A program made the position numbers and the translations under genes. The notes beneath the pieces were generated by a model, which was not told the DNA's origin, ran no database searches, and worked only from the letters and a program-made list of their open reading frames with translations. From an uncultured Alphaproteobacteria bacterium (lineage in GTDB: Bacteria; Pseudomonadota; Alphaproteobacteria; HIMB59; GCA-002718135), in assembly GCA_902514875.1 (NCBI GenBank), contig CABXSY010000001.1, forward strand, positions 31,753-95,752: a DNA stretch of 64,000 nt, in the 5' to 3' direction. Below, piece after piece: positions 17,467 to 31,376 of the stretch (position 1 is the stretch's first letter; every line of letters starts with the position of its first letter).

Positions 17467-17988
17467 GTGAAACGTTCTGAAAAAAAAGATTTTGTAAGTA
17501 ATCTCAAAGAAGACTTTTCTAATGCTACTTCTGTAATTGTGGCTGAATATTCTGGTCTAACAGTTAATGAAACAGAGCAACTTAGAAAAGAAATGAGAGA
17601 TAACGGAGCAAAATTTAAAGTAACTAAGAACAGACTCACTAAACTTGCTATATCTGAAACTCAATTTAAAGAAATTTCTGAATTTTTCAAAGGACCAACA
17701 GCAATTGCTTATTCTGATGATGCGGTAGCACCAGCTAAAGTAGCTGTTAATTTTGAAAAAAAATTTGAAAATTTTAAAATTATTGGTGGGGGCTATAATG
17801 GGGAAAAAATTGATAGAGATAAAATTGATTTTCTTGCCAAATTACCTTCACTTGATGAGTTAAGAGGAAAAATTATTGGGTTAATATCTGCACCTGCTCA
17901 AAAGATAGCTTCAATTACAATTGAACCTGGGGCACAGATTGCAAGATTAATTAGCTCAAATAGTAGCAATAAACAAGAGTCGAACTAG
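17467..17988 (+). CDS. rplJ: 50S ribosomal protein L10
   Basis: The ORF track starts at TTG 17431. I prefer the in-frame GTG at 17467, which has GAGG 6 nt upstream and gives VKRSEKKDFVSNLKE.... The TTG lies inside a leader hairpin. Confidence 0.93.
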   Translation: MKRSEKKDFVSNLKEDFSNATSVIVAEYSGLTVNETEQLRKEMRDNGAKFKVTKNRLTKLAISETQFKEISEFFKGPTAIAYSDDAVAPAKVAVNFEKKFENFKIIGGGYNGEKIDRDKIDFLAKLPSLDELRGKIIGLISAPAQKIASITIEPGAQIARLISSNSSNKQESN

Positions 17989-18006
17989 GTAAATAAGGAG
18001 AAATAA

Positions 18007-18384
18007 ATGGCTGATTTAAATAAAATTGTTGAGGACCTTTCTTCCCTTACTGTTCTTGAGGCTGCTGAATTAAGTAAGCTGCTTGAAGATAAATGGGGTG
18101 TGTCTGCAGCTGCACCAGTCGCAGTAGCAGCAGCTCCTGCAGCAGGAGGTGGCGAAGCTGCTGCTGAGGAAAAAACAGAATTTGATTTGGAATTAACAGA
18201 ATCTGGATCGAATAAAATTTCTGTAATTAAGGAAGTAAGAACTATTACAGGATTAGGTCTTAAGGAGGCAAAAGATCTGGTAGAGGGAGCTCCTAAACCA
18301 TTGAAACAGGGTGTTAAAAAAGAAGAAGCTGAGGAAATGAAAAAAGCATTAGAAGCAGCTGGCGCAAAAGTTACACTTAAATAA
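18007..18384 (+). CDS. rplL: 50S ribosomal protein L7/L12
   Basis: 125 aa. Ala-rich hinge, then C-terminal [24 protein letters not shown]. Confidence 0.98.
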   Translation: MADLNKIVEDLSSLTVLEAAELSKLLEDKWGVSAAAPVAVAAAPAAGGGEAAAEEKTEFDLELTESGSNKISVIKEVRTITGLGLKEAKDLVEGAPKPLKQGVKKEEAEEMKKALEAAGAKVTLK

Positions 18385-18390
18385 AACAAA

Positions 18391-18413
18391 ATGTAGGCCT
18401 TAAAGGCCTACAT
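18391..18413 (+). terminator. perfect 9-bp hairpin in the rplL-rpoB spacer (possible attenuator)
   Basis: ATGTAGGCC-ttaaa-GGCCTACAT, 6 nt after the rplL stop. No clear U-tract follows (TATACTAAATATT). The position matches the partial terminator known between rplL and rpoB in E. coli. Confidence 0.45.
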
Positions 18414-18442
18414 TATACTAAATATTATATGAAGGAGAAAAA

Positions 18443-21400
18443 GTGAGTTTAGACCATATAAATTTTAAAAAAATAAGAAAATCTTTCGGTAAAATTCCTC
18501 TAGTTACGTCACTACCTAATCTAGTTGAGGTTCAAAAAAGATCTTTTGATAGTTTTTTACAGCTAAACATCGAACCTGAAAAAAGAGAAAATATTGGTCT
18601 TCATTCAATTTTTAAATCTGTGTTTCCAATACATGACTATACGGAGAGAGCTACAGTAGATTATGTAAGTTATAATTTAGGGGTTCCTAAATATGATGTT
18701 GAAGAGTGCTCACAGAGAGGTATGACGTATGGCACTCCTCTTTTAGTAAACTTTCGACTCATAATTTGGGATATAGATGAGATTGCTGGTACAAAGTCAG
18801 TGAGAGATATAAAGGAACAAGAAGTTTATATGGGTGATATTCCTCTTATGACCAAAAATGCAACTTTTGTAGTCAATGGAACAGAGAGAGTTGTAGTAAG
18901 TCAAATGCATAGATCTCCAGGAGTTTTTTTTGATCATGACTTTGGGAAGACTCATACAAGTGGCAAATATTTATTTAACGCTAGAATAATTCCTTACAGA
19001 GGATCTTGGTTAGATTTTGAGCATGATGCTAAAAATAATATTCATGCTAGAATTGATAGAAAAAGAAAGTTTCCAGTAACAACTTTATTTAAATGTCTAT
19101 TAAGTAATCAATCTGAAGAATACATCCAAGAATGTGAAAAAAATAAAATAGAACCTGATTCTAAAAGAATTCTTGGTATGACGGGAGAGGAGATACTATC
19201 TTTATTTTATCAAAATATATCTTATAAAAAAAATGAATTTGGGTGGTCATTCAAATCTGATTTATCTTTCTTTAAGGCTAAAATTTTGAATTATGACCTT
19301 CTTGATTCTAAAAATGGTAAACTGCTTGTAAGCAAAGGCACAAAAGTAAATCAAAAGGTAATCAATGATTTAAAAAAGAAAAATATAACAAACCTATCTA
19401 TTAGTGAAGAATCTCTTTTGGGTTTTTATTTGGCTTCAGATATTATAGATGAAAATACAGGTAAAATTTTCTTTGAAGCGGGATACGAAATAGATGAATT
19501 ATTTATTGATTTTATTAAGGAATACAAATTAAACAAAATTGATATCTTAAAAACTGATAATATTGAAATAGGTTCTTATATAAGAAATACACTTCAGCTC
19601 GATAAGGCAAGATCTAGAGAAGAGGCATTATTTGAAGTTTTCAAAATACTGAGGCCAGGTGAACCCCCAACAATTGAAACTGCAGAAAATCTTTTTAATA
19701 ACCTTTTTTTTAATGTAGATAGGTATGATCTATCATCAGTCGGTAGATTAAAAATAATTGCTAAATTTAAAAGTAATACTTCTATTGAAAAAAGAGTTCT
19801 CGACAAAAAAGATATTTTAGATGTTGTACAACACATGCATAATCTTATTGATGGCAAAGGTGAGATAGACGATATTGACCATTTAGCTAATAGAAGAGTA
19901 AGATCAGTTGGAGAATTGTTAGAAAACCAATATCGTATAGGTCTTTTAAAAATGGATAGGGCAATTAAAGAAAGATTAAGTTCCTTAGAAGTTGATAACA
20001 TAATGCCTCAAGATGTTGTTAATGCAAAACCAGTAGTATCCTCTATAAAAGAATTCTTTGGATTAAGTCAGCTTAGCCAATTTATGGACCAAACAAATCC
20101 ATTAAGTGAGATTACACATAAAAGAAGAGTATCGGCATTAGGTCCAGGTGGTCTTAATCGAGAAAGAGCGGGGTTTGAAGTTAGAGATGTACATCAAACT
20201 CATTACGGTAGAATATGTCCGATAGAGACGCCTGAGGGAGCAAATATTGGATTAATAAACAGTCTTGCATCTTATTCTAGAATAAATAAATATGGTTTTA
20301 TTGAAACACCTTACAGAATAGTCAACTCAGGTAAGGTGACAGATAAAGTAATTTATTTAAGCGCAATTGATGAAGAGGATTTTGTAATTGCTCAGGCAAA
20401 CGCAGAAGTTGATCCAAAAGGTAAATTCGCAAATCAAATTGTCAGTTGTAGAAAAAATGGAGAATTTATTAATGTTGATGTTGATGCGATTGACTTGATG
20501 GACGTTTCTCCACAGCAATTAGTATCAGTAGCCTCCTCATTAATTCCTTTCTTAGAAAATGATGATGCAAACAGAGCTTTAATGGGTTCTAATATGATGA
20601 GACAAGCTGTTCCACTCATTAATCCTAAAGCACCTCTTGTAGGCACAGGGATGGAGTACACAGTAGCTAAAGATAGTGGCTCTACTATTATTGCAAAAAG
20701 AGAAGGTGTAGTAGATCAACTTGATGCAAATAGAATAGTGATTAGAATTACTGATAAACATGATAAATCGTTAAACAAAATTGACATTTATAATCTAGCA
20801 AAATTTCAAAGATCGAATCAGAACACATGCATTACTCAACGCCCTCTTGTAAATGTTGGTGATAGAGTTGCAAAAAACCAAGTAATTGCTGACGGTCCAG
20901 CAACTGATTTAGGTGAGCTTGCATTAGGAAGAAATGTACTAGCTGCGTTTATGCCTTGGAATGGATATAATTTTGAAGATTCTATTCTAATATCTGAAAA
21001 AGTTGTTCAGGATGATGTTTTTACATCAATTCATGTTGAGGAGTTTGAGGTAATGTCAAGAGACACAAAACTTGGACCTGAAGAAATTACCAGAGATATT
21101 CCAAATGCTAGTGAAGAAATGCTTGTTAATTTAGATGAGACAGGAATTGTTTATGTGGGTGCAGAAGTTAATTCAGGAGATATACTAGTTGGCAAGGTAA
21201 CTCCTAAAGGAGAGTCTCCAATGACACCTGAAGAAAAACTCTTAAGAGCAATTTTTGGTGAAAAAGCTGCAGATGTAAAAGATACAAGTCTAAGAGTACC
21301 TCCGGGTGTTAAAGGAACTATTGTTGAAATAAGAGTCTTTTCTAGAAGAGGTATAGAAAAAGATGAAAGAGCGATTAGTATAGAAAATCATCAAATTGAA

Positions 21401-22648
21401 GTAATTGCTCGTGACAGAGATGATGAACTAAAAATATTAGAAAAAAGTTTTGGTAACCATCTACGTGAATTATTAAGTAACCAGACTTTTGTATCAGGTA
21501 TTGAAGGGTTTACAAAAAATTCTAATATTAAATACGAAGAAATAGAAAATTTATCATTAAACGATTTATTGAAAATTAATATTATAGATGAAAAAAGAAC
21601 TGATCAAATAGATTCTCTTGTTAAAAACTATGAAAATCAGCTTGGAAATATAAAACAGAAATTTGAGAATAAGATTGATAAAATTCAAAGTGGAGATGAG
21701 CTACTTCCAGGTGTTCTTAAATTAATAAAAGTATTTATATCAGTTAAAAGAAAACTCCAACCGGGAGATAAAATGGCTGGAAGACATGGTAACAAAGGAG
21801 TTATTTCTAAAATTTGTCCAGTTGAAGATATGCCTTATCTTGAAGATGGAACTCCAGTTGATATTGTTTTAAATCCATTAGGTGTTCCTAGCAGAATGAA
21901 CATTGGTCAAATTTTAGAAACTCATTTAGGATGGGCATCAGCATCATTAGGTAGACAAGTGAATGATATGTTAAATAAATTAAAATCTGAAGGTCAGACT
22001 AACAACTTGAGAAAAAAACTATTGGATATTTATAGTGCAGAAAAACATCACAAGGTTATAAAAAATATGAATGATGATGAAATCCTCGAGTTAGGTAATA
22101 ATTTAAAAGAAGGCATACCTTTTGCTACGCCAGTATTTGATGGTGCTAAAGAAAAAGATATAACAAATTTATTATCTAAATCAGGTGTTTCCAAAACTGG
22201 TCAAGAAACATTGTATGATGGTATAACAGGTAAAAAATTTGAGAGACCCGTTACGGTTGGATACATGTATATGTTAAAACTCCATCATTTAGTTGATGAA
22301 AAAATCCACGCCAGATCTATTGGCCCTTATAGTTTAGTCACTCAACAGCCATTAGGTGGAAAAGCACAATTTGGAGGACAAAGATTTGGTGAAATGGAAG
22401 TGTGGGCTTTAGAAGCATATGGTGCTGCGTATACTCTTCAAGAAATTTTGACAATTAAATCAGACGACGTTGCTGGTAGAACCAAAGTTTATGAATCAAT
22501 TGTTAAAGGTGATAACAATTTTGAATCAGGTACTCCTGAGTCTTTCAATGTTATGGTAAAGGAACTAAGATCTCTTGGTTTAAATTTAGATTTTAAAGAA
22601 AATCTAAAAGAAAATAACTTAACTAATTTAATAGGGTCAAATGAATAA
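18443..22648 (+). CDS. rpoB: DNA-directed RNA polymerase subunit beta
   Basis: 1401 aa. GTG start preceded by AAGGAG. Motifs include [13 protein letters not shown] and [18 protein letters not shown]. Confidence 0.99.
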   Translation: MSLDHINFKKIRKSFGKIPLVTSLPNLVEVQKRSFDSFLQLNIEPEKRENIGLHSIFKSVFPIHDYTERATVDYVSYNLGVPKYDVEECSQRGMTYGTPLLVNFRLIIWDIDEIAGTKSVRDIKEQEVYMGDIPLMTKNATFVVNGTERVVVSQMHRSPGVFFDHDFGKTHTSGKYLFNARIIPYRGSWLDFEHDAKNNIHARIDRKRKFPVTTLFKCLLSNQSEEYIQECEKNKIEPDSKRILGMTGEEILSLFYQNISYKKNEFGWSFKSDLSFFKAKILNYDLLDSKNGKLLVSKGTKVNQKVINDLKKKNITNLSISEESLLGFYLASDIIDENTGKIFFEAGYEIDELFIDFIKEYKLNKIDILKTDNIEIGSYIRNTLQLDKARSREEALFEVFKILRPGEPPTIETAENLFNNLFFNVDRYDLSSVGRLKIIAKFKSNTSIEKRVLDKKDILDVVQHMHNLIDGKGEIDDIDHLANRRVRSVGELLENQYRIGLLKMDRAIKERLSSLEVDNIMPQDVVNAKPVVSSIKEFFGLSQLSQFMDQTNPLSEITHKRRVSALGPGGLNRERAGFEVRDVHQTHYGRICPIETPEGANIGLINSLASYSRINKYGFIETPYRIVNSGKVTDKVIYLSAIDEEDFVIAQANAEVDPKGKFANQIVSCRKNGEFINVDVDAIDLMDVSPQQLVSVASSLIPFLENDDANRALMGSNMMRQAVPLINPKAPLVGTGMEYTVAKDSGSTIIAKREGVVDQLDANRIVIRITDKHDKSLNKIDIYNLAKFQRSNQNTCITQRPLVNVGDRVAKNQVIADGPATDLGELALGRNVLAAFMPWNGYNFEDSILISEKVVQDDVFTSIHVEEFEVMSRDTKLGPEEITRDIPNASEEMLVNLDETGIVYVGAEVNSGDILVGKVTPKGESPMTPEEKLLRAIFGEKAADVKDTSLRVPPGVKGTIVEIRVFSRRGIEKDERAISIENHQIEVIARDRDDELKILEKSFGNHLRELLSNQTFVSGIEGFTKNSNIKYEEIENLSLNDLLKINIIDEKRTDQIDSLVKNYENQLGNIKQKFENKIDKIQSGDELLPGVLKLIKVFISVKRKLQPGDKMAGRHGNKGVISKICPVEDMPYLEDGTPVDIVLNPLGVPSRMNIGQILETHLGWASASLGRQVNDMLNKLKSEGQTNNLRKKLLDIYSAEKHHKVIKNMNDDEILELGNNLKEGIPFATPVFDGAKEKDITNLLSKSGVSKTGQETLYDGITGKKFERPVTVGYMYMLKLHHLVDEKIHARSIGPYSLVTQQPLGGKAQFGGQRFGEMEVWALEAYGAAYTLQEILTIKSDDVAGRTKVYESIVKGDNNFESGTPESFNVMVKELRSLGLNLDFKENLKENNLTNLIGSNE

Positions 22649-25600
22649 AGAATTAACAAATATATTTAATCAAAATCTTGGTATTCAAAATTTTAACAGT
22701 CTTAAAATATCTATTGCAAGTCCTGAAGATATTAGATCTTGGTCATTTGGAGAAATTAAAAAACCTGAAACAATAAATTATAGAACATTTAAGCCAGAGA
22801 AAGACGGCCTCTTTTGCTCAAGAATTTTTGGTCCTGTAAAGGATTACGAGTGTCTATGCGGTAAATATAAAAGAATGAAGTTTAGAGGTATAATTTGTGA
22901 AAAATGTGGAGTAGAAGTTACACTTTCTAAAGTTAGAAGGGACAGAATGGGGCATATAGAATTAGCTGCTCCAGTATCTCACATATGGTTCATGAAATCT
23001 TTACCAAGCAGAATTGCTACCTTATTAGATATGACCATAAAAAATCTTGAGAAAGTTTTATATTTTGAACAATTTATAGTTGTTGAACCTGGTCTAACTG
23101 ATCTTAAAAAAGGCGATATAATTTCTGAAGAGCAATATATTGATTACCAAGATGAGTACGGGGAAGACTCCTTCAGTGCAGCAATTGGAGCTGAAGCAAT
23201 CGAGCAGATGCTTATTAGTATTGATTTAGAAACAGATTATAATCAATTAAAAATTGATCTGACTGAAACTAAATCAGAATTAAAGAAAACAAAAATAACG
23301 AAAAGATTAAAACTAATCGAATCATTTTTATCTTCAAAAAATAAACCAGAATGGATGATTCTTAGAGTTTTACCTGTAATACCTCCTGAATTAAGACCTT
23401 TAGTTCCATTGGATGGAGGAAGATTTGCAACTAGTGATCTAAATGATCTTTATAGAAGAGTAATTAATAGAAACAATCGTTTAAAAAGATTAATTGATCT
23501 GAGAGCACCTGATATAATTATTAGAAATGAAAAAAGAATGCTGCAGGAATCTGTAGATGCACTATTTGATAATGGTAGAAGAGGTAGAGTAATAACTTCA
23601 ACTAATAAAAGACCTCTAAAGTCTCTATCTGACATGCTAAAAGGAAAACAAGGTAGATTTAGACAAAATCTTCTTGGAAAAAGAGTAGATTATTCAGGTA
23701 GATCAGTAATAGTTGTTGGCCCAAATCTTAAATTACATCAATGTGGAATTCCAAAAAAAATGGCACTTGAACTTTTTAAACCATTTATTTTTCATAAACT
23801 AGATATATACGGTTGGGCTAACACAATTAAAGCTGCAAAAAAACTAGTTGAAAAAGAGGATCCCAGAGTATGGGACATTTTAGAAGATGTAATTAGAGAA
23901 CATCCAGTTTTACTAAATAGAGCGCCTACTTTGCATAGGTTAGGAATACAAGCATTTGAACCGATATTAATAGAAGGAAAATCAATTCAACTACATCCCT
24001 TGGTTTGCACAGCATTTAATGCAGATTTTGATGGTGATCAGATGGCTGTACACGTGCCTCTAAGTCTCGAGGCTCAGCTTGAAGCAAGAGTGCTTATGAT
24101 GAGTACAAATAACATTCTACATCCAGCAAGTGGAAAACCAATTATCGTTCCTTCTCAAGATATTATATTAGGAATTTATTATTTATCAATAATGAGAGAA
24201 AAACAGATTGGCGAAGGTAGAAGTTTTATAGACCTTAATGAAATATTAAAAGCATTAGAAAATGGCGATGTAAGTCTTCATACTAAAATTAATGCCAGAG
24301 TTATAAATAGTGATGGTGATAATTTAAAAGTAACAACTACTCCAGGAAGAATGATTTTAGGAAACATTTTACCAAAAAATAAAAACATAAATTATGAAAT
24401 GATAAATAAAATATTAACTAAAAAAGAAGTTAGTAATATTATTGATTCAGTTTATAGGTTTTGTGGACAAAAGGAGACTGTTTTATTTGCAGACCATATT
24501 ATGCAAATAGGTTTTAAGTATGCCGCAATTGCAGGTATATCTTTTGGAAAAGATGATTTAATTATACCATCTGATAAAGACAATCTTCTAAACGAAACTC
24601 AAGAAAAAGTTCAAGAGTATGAAAATCAATACCAAGATGGATTAATTACCCAAGGGGAGAAGTACAACAAGGTAGTGGATGCATGGTCAGAATGCACAAA
24701 TAAAGTTGCTGATAAAATGCTTGATGTTATATCTTCACCTTCAGATGATCAACCAATCAATTCTGTATATATGATGGCCCACTCTGGAGCAAGGGGATCA
24801 GCTGCACAATTAAAACAACTTTCAGGAATGAGAGGTTTAATGGCTAAACCCTCTGGTGAAATCATTGAGAATCCAATTAAATCAAATTTTAAAGAAGGTT
24901 TATCAGTTCTTGAATATTTTACCTCCACCCATGGAGCTCGTAAAGGCCTAGCTGATACAGCATTAAAAACTGCAAGTAGCGGTTATTTAACCCGTAGATT
25001 AGTTGATGTAGCTCAAGATGCTGTTATTAGAGAAGTTGATTGCAATACATCTAAGGGTGTTATTGTTGAAGAAATAGTTGAGTCTGGGAATATTACATCA
25101 CCGCTTACAGAGAGAGTATTAGGTAGAACTCCTGTTAGTGAAATAATTGATGAAAATAACAACGTTATTGTTAATGCTGGTGAAATAATCTCTGAAAAAC
25201 ATTTGGATCCGATTGCAAAACTAGGTATCAGATCATTAAAAATTAGATCAGTTTTAACTTGTGAAACTGAGGACGGCATTTGTTCCAAATGTTATGGTAG
25301 AGATCTTGCTAGAGGAACTTCAGTTAACCTTGGAGAAGCAGTAGGTATTATTGCGGCTCAATCCATCGGAGAACCTGGAACACAACTTACAATGAGAACT
25401 TTCCACATCGGAGGTGCAGCAAGTTCATCAGTTGAACAGTCCAACGCAACTTCTCCAATCTCAGGAAATGTTAAACTAGAAAATATTCAAATTATTGAAG
25501 ATAAATTTAAAAATAAAATAGTTTTAAGCAGGAATGGTAAAATAAAAATTGTTGATGAAAATTCTGATAAGTACTCATCAAATATTCCTTTTGGTTCTAA

Positions 25601-26759
25601 GCTTCTTGTAAAAGAAGGAGACAAAGTTGAAAATAATCAATTATTGGCTGAATGGGATCCGTATACCCTCCCAATAATAGCTGAAAAAAATGGATTTGTG
25701 AGATATGTTGATTTAAAACAAGGTATTTCTTTTAGAGAATCTATTGATGATACGACAGGAATATCAAGTAAGGTAGTTATTGATTGGAGTCAAAATCAAA
25801 AAAGTAAAAATTTTAAACCAGCTATTAATATTGCAAGTCAATTATCTGATTTAAAAGATGATGACTTAAACATTTCTAACTATCCTATGTCGATTGACTC
25901 AATACTTGGAGTAGAGGATGGTCAAGAGGTATCAGCAGGGCAAGTTATTGCAAGAATTCCAAAAGAATCCTCAAAAACTAAAGATATTACAGGAGGATTA
26001 CCAAGGGTTGCTGAGTTATTTGAAGCAAGAAAACCTAAAGATCCCGCAATAATGTGTGAAATTGATGGCAAGATATCTTTTGGTAAAGATTACAAAAATA
26101 AAAGAAGGGTGATTATTACTTCTTTAGATGAAAAAGATACTTTTGAATCACTAATTCCAAGATCAAAATACTTAAATGTTCAAGAAGGAGATTTTGTTAA
26201 GAAAGGTGATATTCTTGTAGAAGGCACACCTGTTCCTCACGATATATTAAGAATATTAGGTGTTGAGGAGCTAGCTAGGTATCTCGTTAAAGAGGTTCAA
26301 TCAGTATACAAACTTCAGGGTGTTTATATAAATGATAAGCATATTGAAACAATAGCTAGACAAATGCTTCAAAAAGTTCTCATCAAAGATCCAGGTGAAT
26401 CCAATTTAATCACTGGTGAACAAATTCAAAGAAGAGATGCACTTAAATTAAATAAAATTTTGAATGAAAAAGGAAAAAAAGTAATTGAATTTGAACCTGT
26501 TTTACTAGGCATTACTAAAGCTAGTTTACAAACTGGCTCTTTTATTTCTGCCGCATCTTTCCAAGAAACAACAAAAGTATTAACTGATGCTGCTACACTA
26601 GGTAAGATTGACCCATTAAATGGCCTAAAGGAGAATGTAATTGTTGGAAGGCTAATTCCTGCTGGAACTGGTAAAATGACAACAGATTATGAAAATCTAG
26701 CAATTGAAAGAGATAATGAAGTAATTAGTAATAATCAGGCAGAAAATATCGAAAATTAG
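22641..26759 (+). CDS. rpoC: DNA-directed RNA polymerase subunit beta'
   Basis: 1372 aa. Zn motif [20 protein letters not shown] and catalytic [12 protein letters not shown]. Overlaps rpoB by 8 nt. Confidence 0.99.
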   Translation: MNKELTNIFNQNLGIQNFNSLKISIASPEDIRSWSFGEIKKPETINYRTFKPEKDGLFCSRIFGPVKDYECLCGKYKRMKFRGIICEKCGVEVTLSKVRRDRMGHIELAAPVSHIWFMKSLPSRIATLLDMTIKNLEKVLYFEQFIVVEPGLTDLKKGDIISEEQYIDYQDEYGEDSFSAAIGAEAIEQMLISIDLETDYNQLKIDLTETKSELKKTKITKRLKLIESFLSSKNKPEWMILRVLPVIPPELRPLVPLDGGRFATSDLNDLYRRVINRNNRLKRLIDLRAPDIIIRNEKRMLQESVDALFDNGRRGRVITSTNKRPLKSLSDMLKGKQGRFRQNLLGKRVDYSGRSVIVVGPNLKLHQCGIPKKMALELFKPFIFHKLDIYGWANTIKAAKKLVEKEDPRVWDILEDVIREHPVLLNRAPTLHRLGIQAFEPILIEGKSIQLHPLVCTAFNADFDGDQMAVHVPLSLEAQLEARVLMMSTNNILHPASGKPIIVPSQDIILGIYYLSIMREKQIGEGRSFIDLNEILKALENGDVSLHTKINARVINSDGDNLKVTTTPGRMILGNILPKNKNINYEMINKILTKKEVSNIIDSVYRFCGQKETVLFADHIMQIGFKYAAIAGISFGKDDLIIPSDKDNLLNETQEKVQEYENQYQDGLITQGEKYNKVVDAWSECTNKVADKMLDVISSPSDDQPINSVYMMAHSGARGSAAQLKQLSGMRGLMAKPSGEIIENPIKSNFKEGLSVLEYFTSTHGARKGLADTALKTASSGYLTRRLVDVAQDAVIREVDCNTSKGVIVEEIVESGNITSPLTERVLGRTPVSEIIDENNNVIVNAGEIISEKHLDPIAKLGIRSLKIRSVLTCETEDGICSKCYGRDLARGTSVNLGEAVGIIAAQSIGEPGTQLTMRTFHIGGAASSSVEQSNATSPISGNVKLENIQIIEDKFKNKIVLSRNGKIKIVDENSDKYSSNIPFGSKLLVKEGDKVENNQLLAEWDPYTLPIIAEKNGFVRYVDLKQGISFRESIDDTTGISSKVVIDWSQNQKSKNFKPAINIASQLSDLKDDDLNISNYPMSIDSILGVEDGQEVSAGQVIARIPKESSKTKDITGGLPRVAELFEARKPKDPAIMCEIDGKISFGKDYKNKRRVIITSLDEKDTFESLIPRSKYLNVQEGDFVKKGDILVEGTPVPHDILRILGVEELARYLVKEVQSVYKLQGVYINDKHIETIARQMLQKVLIKDPGESNLITGEQIQRRDALKLNKILNEKGKKVIEFEPVLLGITKASLQTGSFISAASFQETTKVLTDAATLGKIDPLNGLKENVIVGRLIPAGTGKMTTDYENLAIERDNEVISNNQAENIEN

Positions 26760-26779
26760 TAATTTTATCTTATATATAC

Positions 26780-26808
26780 TTGACTTTGTCCTTATCAATT
26801 AATAAAGA
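26780..26808 (+). promoter_or_regulatory. candidate promoter upstream of rpsL
   Basis: TTGACT at 26780-26785, then a weak -10-like TAAAGA at 26803-26808 (17-nt spacer), in the 108-nt rpoC-rpsL spacer. The -10 is poor. Confidence 0.25.
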
Positions 26809-26867
26809 CCCCTACGATTTGTTAAAGGTCGTGGATGTATTTCCAAACACTTAACTAAAAGGACAAA

Positions 26868-27239
26868 ATGCCAACTATTAACCAACTTGTTAGAAAAGGT
26901 AGATCTGCTGTAAAAAAAAGGAATAAAGTTCCTGCATTAGATAAGAGTCCTCAAAAAAGAGGTGTTTGTACTAGGGTGTATACTACAACCCCAAAGAAAC
27001 CTAATTCTGCATTACGGAAAGTAGCAAGAGTAAAACTCACTAATGGTCAGGAGGTCTCTGCATATATTCCTGGAGAAGGCCATAACCTTCAAGAACATTC
27101 GGTTGTTTTAATTAGAGGTGGAAGAGTTAAAGATCTTCCTGGTGTTAGATATCATATTTTAAGGGGAACACTTGATACACAAGGTGTATCTTCAAGAAAA
27201 CAAAGGCGCTCACTTTACGGAGCCAAACGTCCTAAATAG
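26868..27239 (+). CDS. rpsL: 30S ribosomal protein S12
   Basis: 123 aa. [12 protein letters not shown]..., [14 protein letters not shown]. Confidence 0.99.
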   Translation: MPTINQLVRKGRSAVKKRNKVPALDKSPQKRGVCTRVYTTTPKKPNSALRKVARVKLTNGQEVSAYIPGEGHNLQEHSVVLIRGGRVKDLPGVRYHILRGTLDTQGVSSRKQRRSLYGAKRPK

Positions 27240-27241
27240 TC

Positions 27242-27712
27242 ATGTCTAGAAGAAGAGCAGCTGAAAAAAGAACCATATTACCAGACCATAAATATAAAGA
27301 TTTGGTTTTGGCAAAATTCATGAATAGGATTATGTTGGATGGAAAAAAATCTACTTCAGAAAAAATAGTATATGGAGCTTTTGATATTGTTTCAAAAAAA
27401 ACAGATAAAACTCCGATTGATTTTTTTCATGAAGCCTTAAATAATGTTAAACCTGCACTAGAAGTTAGATCTAGAAGAGTTGGTGGGGCAACATACCAAG
27501 TTCCAATGGAAGTAAGGCCAAAAAGAGCACAGACTTTAGCAATGAAATGGATTGTTGATTCTGCAACAAAAAGAAATGAGAAAACTATGCGAGAAAGAGT
27601 TGCAAATGAAATAATCGATGCGTTTAATAACAAGGGTAACGCTGTAAAGAAAAGAGAAGAGACTCATAAAATGGCTGATGCTAACAGAGCCTTCTCACAT
27701 TTTAGGTGGTAA
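27242..27712 (+). CDS. rpsG: 30S ribosomal protein S7
   Basis: 156 aa. [15 protein letters not shown]..., [12 protein letters not shown]. Confidence 0.99.
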   Translation: MSRRRAAEKRTILPDHKYKDLVLAKFMNRIMLDGKKSTSEKIVYGAFDIVSKKTDKTPIDFFHEALNNVKPALEVRSRRVGGATYQVPMEVRPKRAQTLAMKWIVDSATKRNEKTMRERVANEIIDAFNNKGNAVKKREETHKMADANRAFSHFRW

Positions 27713-27719
27713 AGAAATT

Positions 27720-29798
27720 ATGACCAGGTCTCATGAATTATCTAAATACAGAAACATAGGCATTATGGCTCATATTGATGCAGGAAAAACTACAACTACA
27801 GAAAGAATTTTATATTATACTGGTAAATCTCATAAAATAGGAGAGGTTCATGATGGTGCTGCTACTATGGACTGGATGGAGCAAGAGCAAGAAAGAGGTA
27901 TCACAATTACTTCTGCTGCAACAACATGTTTTTGGAATGATCACAGAATAAATATCATAGATACGCCAGGGCATGTGGATTTTACAATTGAAGTTGAAAG
28001 ATCATTAAAGGTTTTGGATGGAGCAGTAGCTGTATTTGATGGAGTTGCAGGTGTTGAGCCTCAATCAGAAACTGTTTGGCGACAGGCTGATAAATATAAA
28101 GTTCCAAGAATGTGTTTTGTTAATAAATTAGATAGAACAGGTGCAAATTTCTTCATGTGTGTTGATATGATTTCAGAACGTTTAGGATCTTACCCTCTTG
28201 TTACTCAGCTTCCAATAGGAATTGAAAGTAGCTTAAAAGGTGTTGTTGATTTGGTTTCTAACAAAGCAATTGTTTGGCAAGATGAAAGCTTGGGAGCAAA
28301 GTTTGATATAGTCGATATACCAGATGATCTTAAAGATCAATCTGAGGAATACAGATTAAAATTGATTGAAAAAGTTGTTGAAGAAGATGATACAATTATG
28401 GAAAAATATCTTGAAGGTAATGAGCCATCTATTGAAGAATTAAAATCATGTATAAGAAAAGGCACATTAAAAGGAAAATTTGTTCCCGTTCTAACAGGCT
28501 CAGCTTTTAAAAATAAAGGTGTTCAACCGCTTTTAGACGCAGTAATTGATTACATGCCATCTCCAACTGATGTTGCAAACGTTAAAGGTGTTGATGTAAA
28601 TGATGATACTAAAGAATTAACGAGAAAGTGCGAAGATGATGAACCATTTAGTGCTCTAGCTTTTAAAATAATGACAGATCCTTTCGTAGGAAGCTTAACA
28701 TTTGCCAGAATTTATTCTGGTACAATTAATACAAAGGATTCAGTTCTAAATTCTAACTCTGGTAAAAAAGAAAATATTGGTAGAATGTTATTAATGCACG
28801 CAAATAATAGAGAAGAAATAAAGACTGCTAATGCTGGTGATATAGTAGCTTTAGTAGGTTTAAAAGACGTAACAACCGGAGAAACTTTATGCGCGGCAGA
28901 TAAGCCAATTGTACTAGAAAGAATGGACTTCCCTGATCCTGTGATTGAAGTAGCTGTTGAGCCTAAAACTAAAGTTGATCATGAAAAAATGGGTCAAGCA
29001 CTTGGAAGACTTGCGCAAGAGGATCCTAGCTTTAGAGTAACTACTGATCATGAAAGTGGACAAACAATTATAAAGGGAATGGGTGAACTTCATCTTGAAA
29101 TTCTAGTCGATAGAATGAAAAGAGAATTTAAAGTAGAAGCAAATGTTGGTGCTCCTCAAGTTGCATACAGAGAAACTATTTCAAACTCATATGATGTCGA
29201 TTATACTCATAAAAAACAATCAGGCGGCGCAGGTCAATTTGCTAGAGTAAAAATAAAATTTGAACCAGGTGATGCAGGAAGTGGTTATGAGTTTATAAAT
29301 CAAATTAAAGGTGGTAATATTCCAACCGAACACATACCTGGTGTTGAAAAAGGTTTAATTGCCCAACAACAAACAGGTGTTATTGCAGGCTTCCCATGTA
29401 TAGATTTTAAAGCTACACTATACGATGGAGCGTATCACGATGTTGATTCAAGTGTTTTAGCATTTGAAATAGCTGCTAGAGCAGCATTTAGGGAGGGGAT
29501 ATCTAAGGCAAAGCCAGTACTTCTTGAGCCTATGATGAAAGTTGAAGTTGTGACACCAGAAGAGTATATGGGAGATGTTATTGGTGATCTTAATAGTAGA
29601 AGAGGCCAGGTCCAAGAAATGTCTACAAGAGGAAATGCAAATGTAGTGGATGCAATGGTGCCGCTTGCGAATATGTTTGGTTACGTAAATAATCTTAGAT
29701 CTTTATCTCAAGGTAGAGCTAACTACACAATGCAATTTGATCACTATGAAGAAGTTCCTTCTAATGTAGCAGAAGAAGTAAAGGCTAAACTAGCATAA
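27720..29798 (+). CDS. fusA: elongation factor G
   Basis: The ORF track starts at 27678, inside rpsG. The in-frame ATG at 27720 gives [28 protein letters not shown], the usual EF-G N-terminus. 692 aa. Confidence 0.98.
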   Translation: MTRSHELSKYRNIGIMAHIDAGKTTTTERILYYTGKSHKIGEVHDGAATMDWMEQEQERGITITSAATTCFWNDHRINIIDTPGHVDFTIEVERSLKVLDGAVAVFDGVAGVEPQSETVWRQADKYKVPRMCFVNKLDRTGANFFMCVDMISERLGSYPLVTQLPIGIESSLKGVVDLVSNKAIVWQDESLGAKFDIVDIPDDLKDQSEEYRLKLIEKVVEEDDTIMEKYLEGNEPSIEELKSCIRKGTLKGKFVPVLTGSAFKNKGVQPLLDAVIDYMPSPTDVANVKGVDVNDDTKELTRKCEDDEPFSALAFKIMTDPFVGSLTFARIYSGTINTKDSVLNSNSGKKENIGRMLLMHANNREEIKTANAGDIVALVGLKDVTTGETLCAADKPIVLERMDFPDPVIEVAVEPKTKVDHEKMGQALGRLAQEDPSFRVTTDHESGQTIIKGMGELHLEILVDRMKREFKVEANVGAPQVAYRETISNSYDVDYTHKKQSGGAGQFARVKIKFEPGDAGSGYEFINQIKGGNIPTEHIPGVEKGLIAQQQTGVIAGFPCIDFKATLYDGAYHDVDSSVLAFEIAARAAFREGISKAKPVLLEPMMKVEVVTPEEYMGDVIGDLNSRRGQVQEMSTRGNANVVDAMVPLANMFGYVNNLRSLSQGRANYTMQFDHYEEVPSNVAEEVKAKLA

Positions 29799-30106
29799 TG
29801 GATAATCAAAATATAAGAATTAGGTTAAGAGGATTTGATAACTCACTATTAGATGCAAGTACCTTAGATATTATCAATACAGCAAAAAGAACTGGTGCTA
29901 AAGTCAAAGGACCAATTCCTCTTCCAACAAGGTTTGAGCGATTCACGGTTAACAAGTCGCCTCATATTGATAAAAAAAGTAGAGATCAGCTTGAAATTAG
30001 GACACATAATCGTCTTTTAGATATTATTGATCCAACACCACAGACAGTAGATGCATTAATGAAGCTAGATTTATCAGCAGGTGTAGAAGTGGATATAAAA
30101 ATTTAA
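29798..30106 (+). CDS. rpsJ: 30S ribosomal protein S10
   Basis: 102 aa. [14 protein letters not shown]..., GPIPLPT. The start overlaps the fusA stop. Confidence 0.98.
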   Translation: MDNQNIRIRLRGFDNSLLDASTLDIINTAKRTGAKVKGPIPLPTRFERFTVNKSPHIDKKSRDQLEIRTHNRLLDIIDPTPQTVDALMKLDLSAGVEVDIKI

Positions 30107-30107
30107 T

Positions 30108-30752
30108 ATGCAAAGATCAGGTTTAATTGCTACAAAAATAGGTAATAGTTCCTATTTTCAAAATGATGGTACAAATACTCATGTAACGATTCTAAAGGTT
30201 GACGAGTGTATAGTATCAAAAATTAAAACAACCGAAAAAGATGGATATAATGCAGTTCAGATTGCTTCTATAGAAACAGGAAAAGATATTTCACATGTTA
30301 AAAAACCTCAAAGAAAATTATTTTCTTCAATAAAAATAAAACCAAAAAAAATTCTAAAAGAATTTAGAGTTGATAGCGATAATATCTTAGATGTTGGAAC
30401 AAAACTCAACGCAGATCATTTTAAAGCTGACCAATTTATTGATGCAAGTAGTTATTCAATCGGTAAAGGATTTGCAGGTGTAATGAAAAGACATAATTTT
30501 GGTGGATTAAGAGCTTCTCATGGTGTTTCCATATCCCATAGATCTCATGGCTCAACAGGTCAAAACCAAGATCCAGGAAGGGTCTTTAAAGGAAAAAAAA
30601 TGGCTGGAAGAATGGGTCACACAAAAGTGACTAAACAGAATTTAAAAATAATTGAAGTCGATAATGCAAATAATATTTTGATTGTTAAAGGTTCAGTTCC
30701 AGGAAAAAAAAATTCAGTTATTTTTTTGAAAGATGCAATTAAAAGGTCTTAA
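30108..30752 (+). CDS. rplC: 50S ribosomal protein L3
   Basis: 214 aa. FAGVMKRHNFGG..., HRSHGSTG, GRMGH. Confidence 0.97.
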   Translation: MQRSGLIATKIGNSSYFQNDGTNTHVTILKVDECIVSKIKTTEKDGYNAVQIASIETGKDISHVKKPQRKLFSSIKIKPKKILKEFRVDSDNILDVGTKLNADHFKADQFIDASSYSIGKGFAGVMKRHNFGGLRASHGVSISHRSHGSTGQNQDPGRVFKGKKMAGRMGHTKVTKQNLKIIEVDNANNILIVKGSVPGKKNSVIFLKDAIKRS

Positions 30753-31376
30753 ATGAAAAAAACAATTTTAAATCTTAAAAATAAATCTGTTGGAGATATA
30801 GATCTGGATAAGACAATCTTTGGGATAAAAAAACTTCCTGATCTTATTCATCAGTATATTAGATATCAAAATGCCAAATCAAGACAAGGTTCTCACAAAA
30901 CTAAATCAAGATCAGAAGTAAACGGTCGTAGTAAAAAACCTTTTTCACAAAAAGGTACTGGTAATGCCCGACAGGGAAGTAATAAACCGCCAAATTTCAG
31001 AGGCGGTGCAGTTTCAATGGGGCCTGTAAATAGAGATCATTCTTTTAATCTAAATAAAAAAGAAAAAAAATTGGCTTTAAAATCAGCCTTGTCTGTCAAA
31101 ACCACTCAGGATAAAATTTTTATTATTGACACCTTTGAAGTTAAAAGTTTCAAAACTAAAGATTTATTTACGGATTTGAAAAATTTTGATTATGAATCAG
31201 CTTTATTTATTTATTCTGAAAAAGGCCTAGATAATAATTTTAAACTAGCATCTTCCAATATACCCAGAATATCTACAATAAATCAAAAAGGAATTAACGT
31301 AAAAGATCTTATCACTTTCGATAAAATATTTATTGAACAAAAATCTATAAATGAAATTACTGAGAGGCTTTCATGA
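30753..31376 (+). CDS. rplD: 50S ribosomal protein L4
   Basis: 207 aa. SKKPFSQKGTGNARQGS..PNFRGG. Confidence 0.96.
   Translation: MKKTILNLKNKSVGDIDLDKTIFGIKKLPDLIHQYIRYQNAKSRQGSHKTKSRSEVNGRSKKPFSQKGTGNARQGSNKPPNFRGGAVSMGPVNRDHSFNLNKKEKKLALKSALSVKTTQDKIFIIDTFEVKSFKTKDLFTDLKNFDYESALFIYSEKGLDNNFKLASSNIPRISTINQKGINVKDLITFDKIFIEQKSINEITERLS

Noticed and set aside
17985-18389. 134-aa ORF antisense to rplL
   Set aside because: It is the mirror frame of the GC-rich Ala/Gly hinge of L7/L12 (runs of GCAGCTGC read as AAAS/PAAG). It overlaps a certain gene completely.
27678-27719. Extended fusA start overlapping rpsG by 35 nt
   Set aside because: The in-frame ATG at 27720 reproduces the canonical EF-G N-terminus, MTR...[17 protein letters not shown]. 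The extension has no homology logic.
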